Assembly (NCBI RefSeq): GCF_006345805.1
Contig: NC_043001.1
Span: 43,896,001-43,960,000 of the forward strand
From: Octopus sinensis
Taxonomy: Eukaryota
DNA length: 64,000 nucleotides
Reading direction: 5' to 3'
Shown here one piece after another: positions 63,753 through 64,000 of this stretch (the stretch's first letter is position 1; each line of letters begins with the position of its first letter). The notes under the pieces are model-generated. The model was not told where the DNA came from. It was given only the letters and a program-made list of their open reading frames with translations, and made no database searches. The position numbers and the translations under genes are program-made.

Positions 63753-64000
63753 TATAAATGTATGTATGAATAAAAAGATCTTGTTATCTTTTTATTAGAA
63801 AGAGATTTCTAAATGCATATGTGAGTACTATACTTTAATCCAGACATGCATTTATACATACATGGATCATGCATGTATACATACATACATACATGCATGC
63901 ATACATACATGCATGCATACATACATACATACATACATACATACATACATACATGCATGCATGCATGCATACATGCATGCATACATACATACATACATAC

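Overview
AT-rich, microsatellite-dense eukaryotic DNA. The SINE/LINE/microsatellite landscape suggests an octopod cephalopod (inference). Two complete spliced genes sit head-to-head about 530 bp apart: CFAP126/Flattop (minus strand, 5 coding exons, 34052->17064, 202 aa) with an RFX X-box just upstream, and TMEM147 (plus strand, 6 coding exons, 34583/35114->44109, 223 aa), whose ATG-bearing first exon is present twice. The rest is repeats: mariner and DD41D transposase relics, RTE, CR1, HERO-like and Penelope-like retroelement fragments, tRNA-derived SINEs, Helitron-like elements and MITEs. The most striking unannotated signal is at least three families of type I hammerhead ribozymes (HHRs) with palindromic stem III. 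(1) A 768-bp retrozyme-like insertion (7953-8720) with tandem U3-A8 variant HHRs, a 5' inversion and a 12-bp TSD. (2) Three HHR copies with canonical cores in inverted orientation inside the last CFAP126 intron (18394-19471), one on the pre-mRNA strand. (3) A dispersed minimal HHR family with an extra A after A9. All folds were derived by eye, and none is shown to be active.
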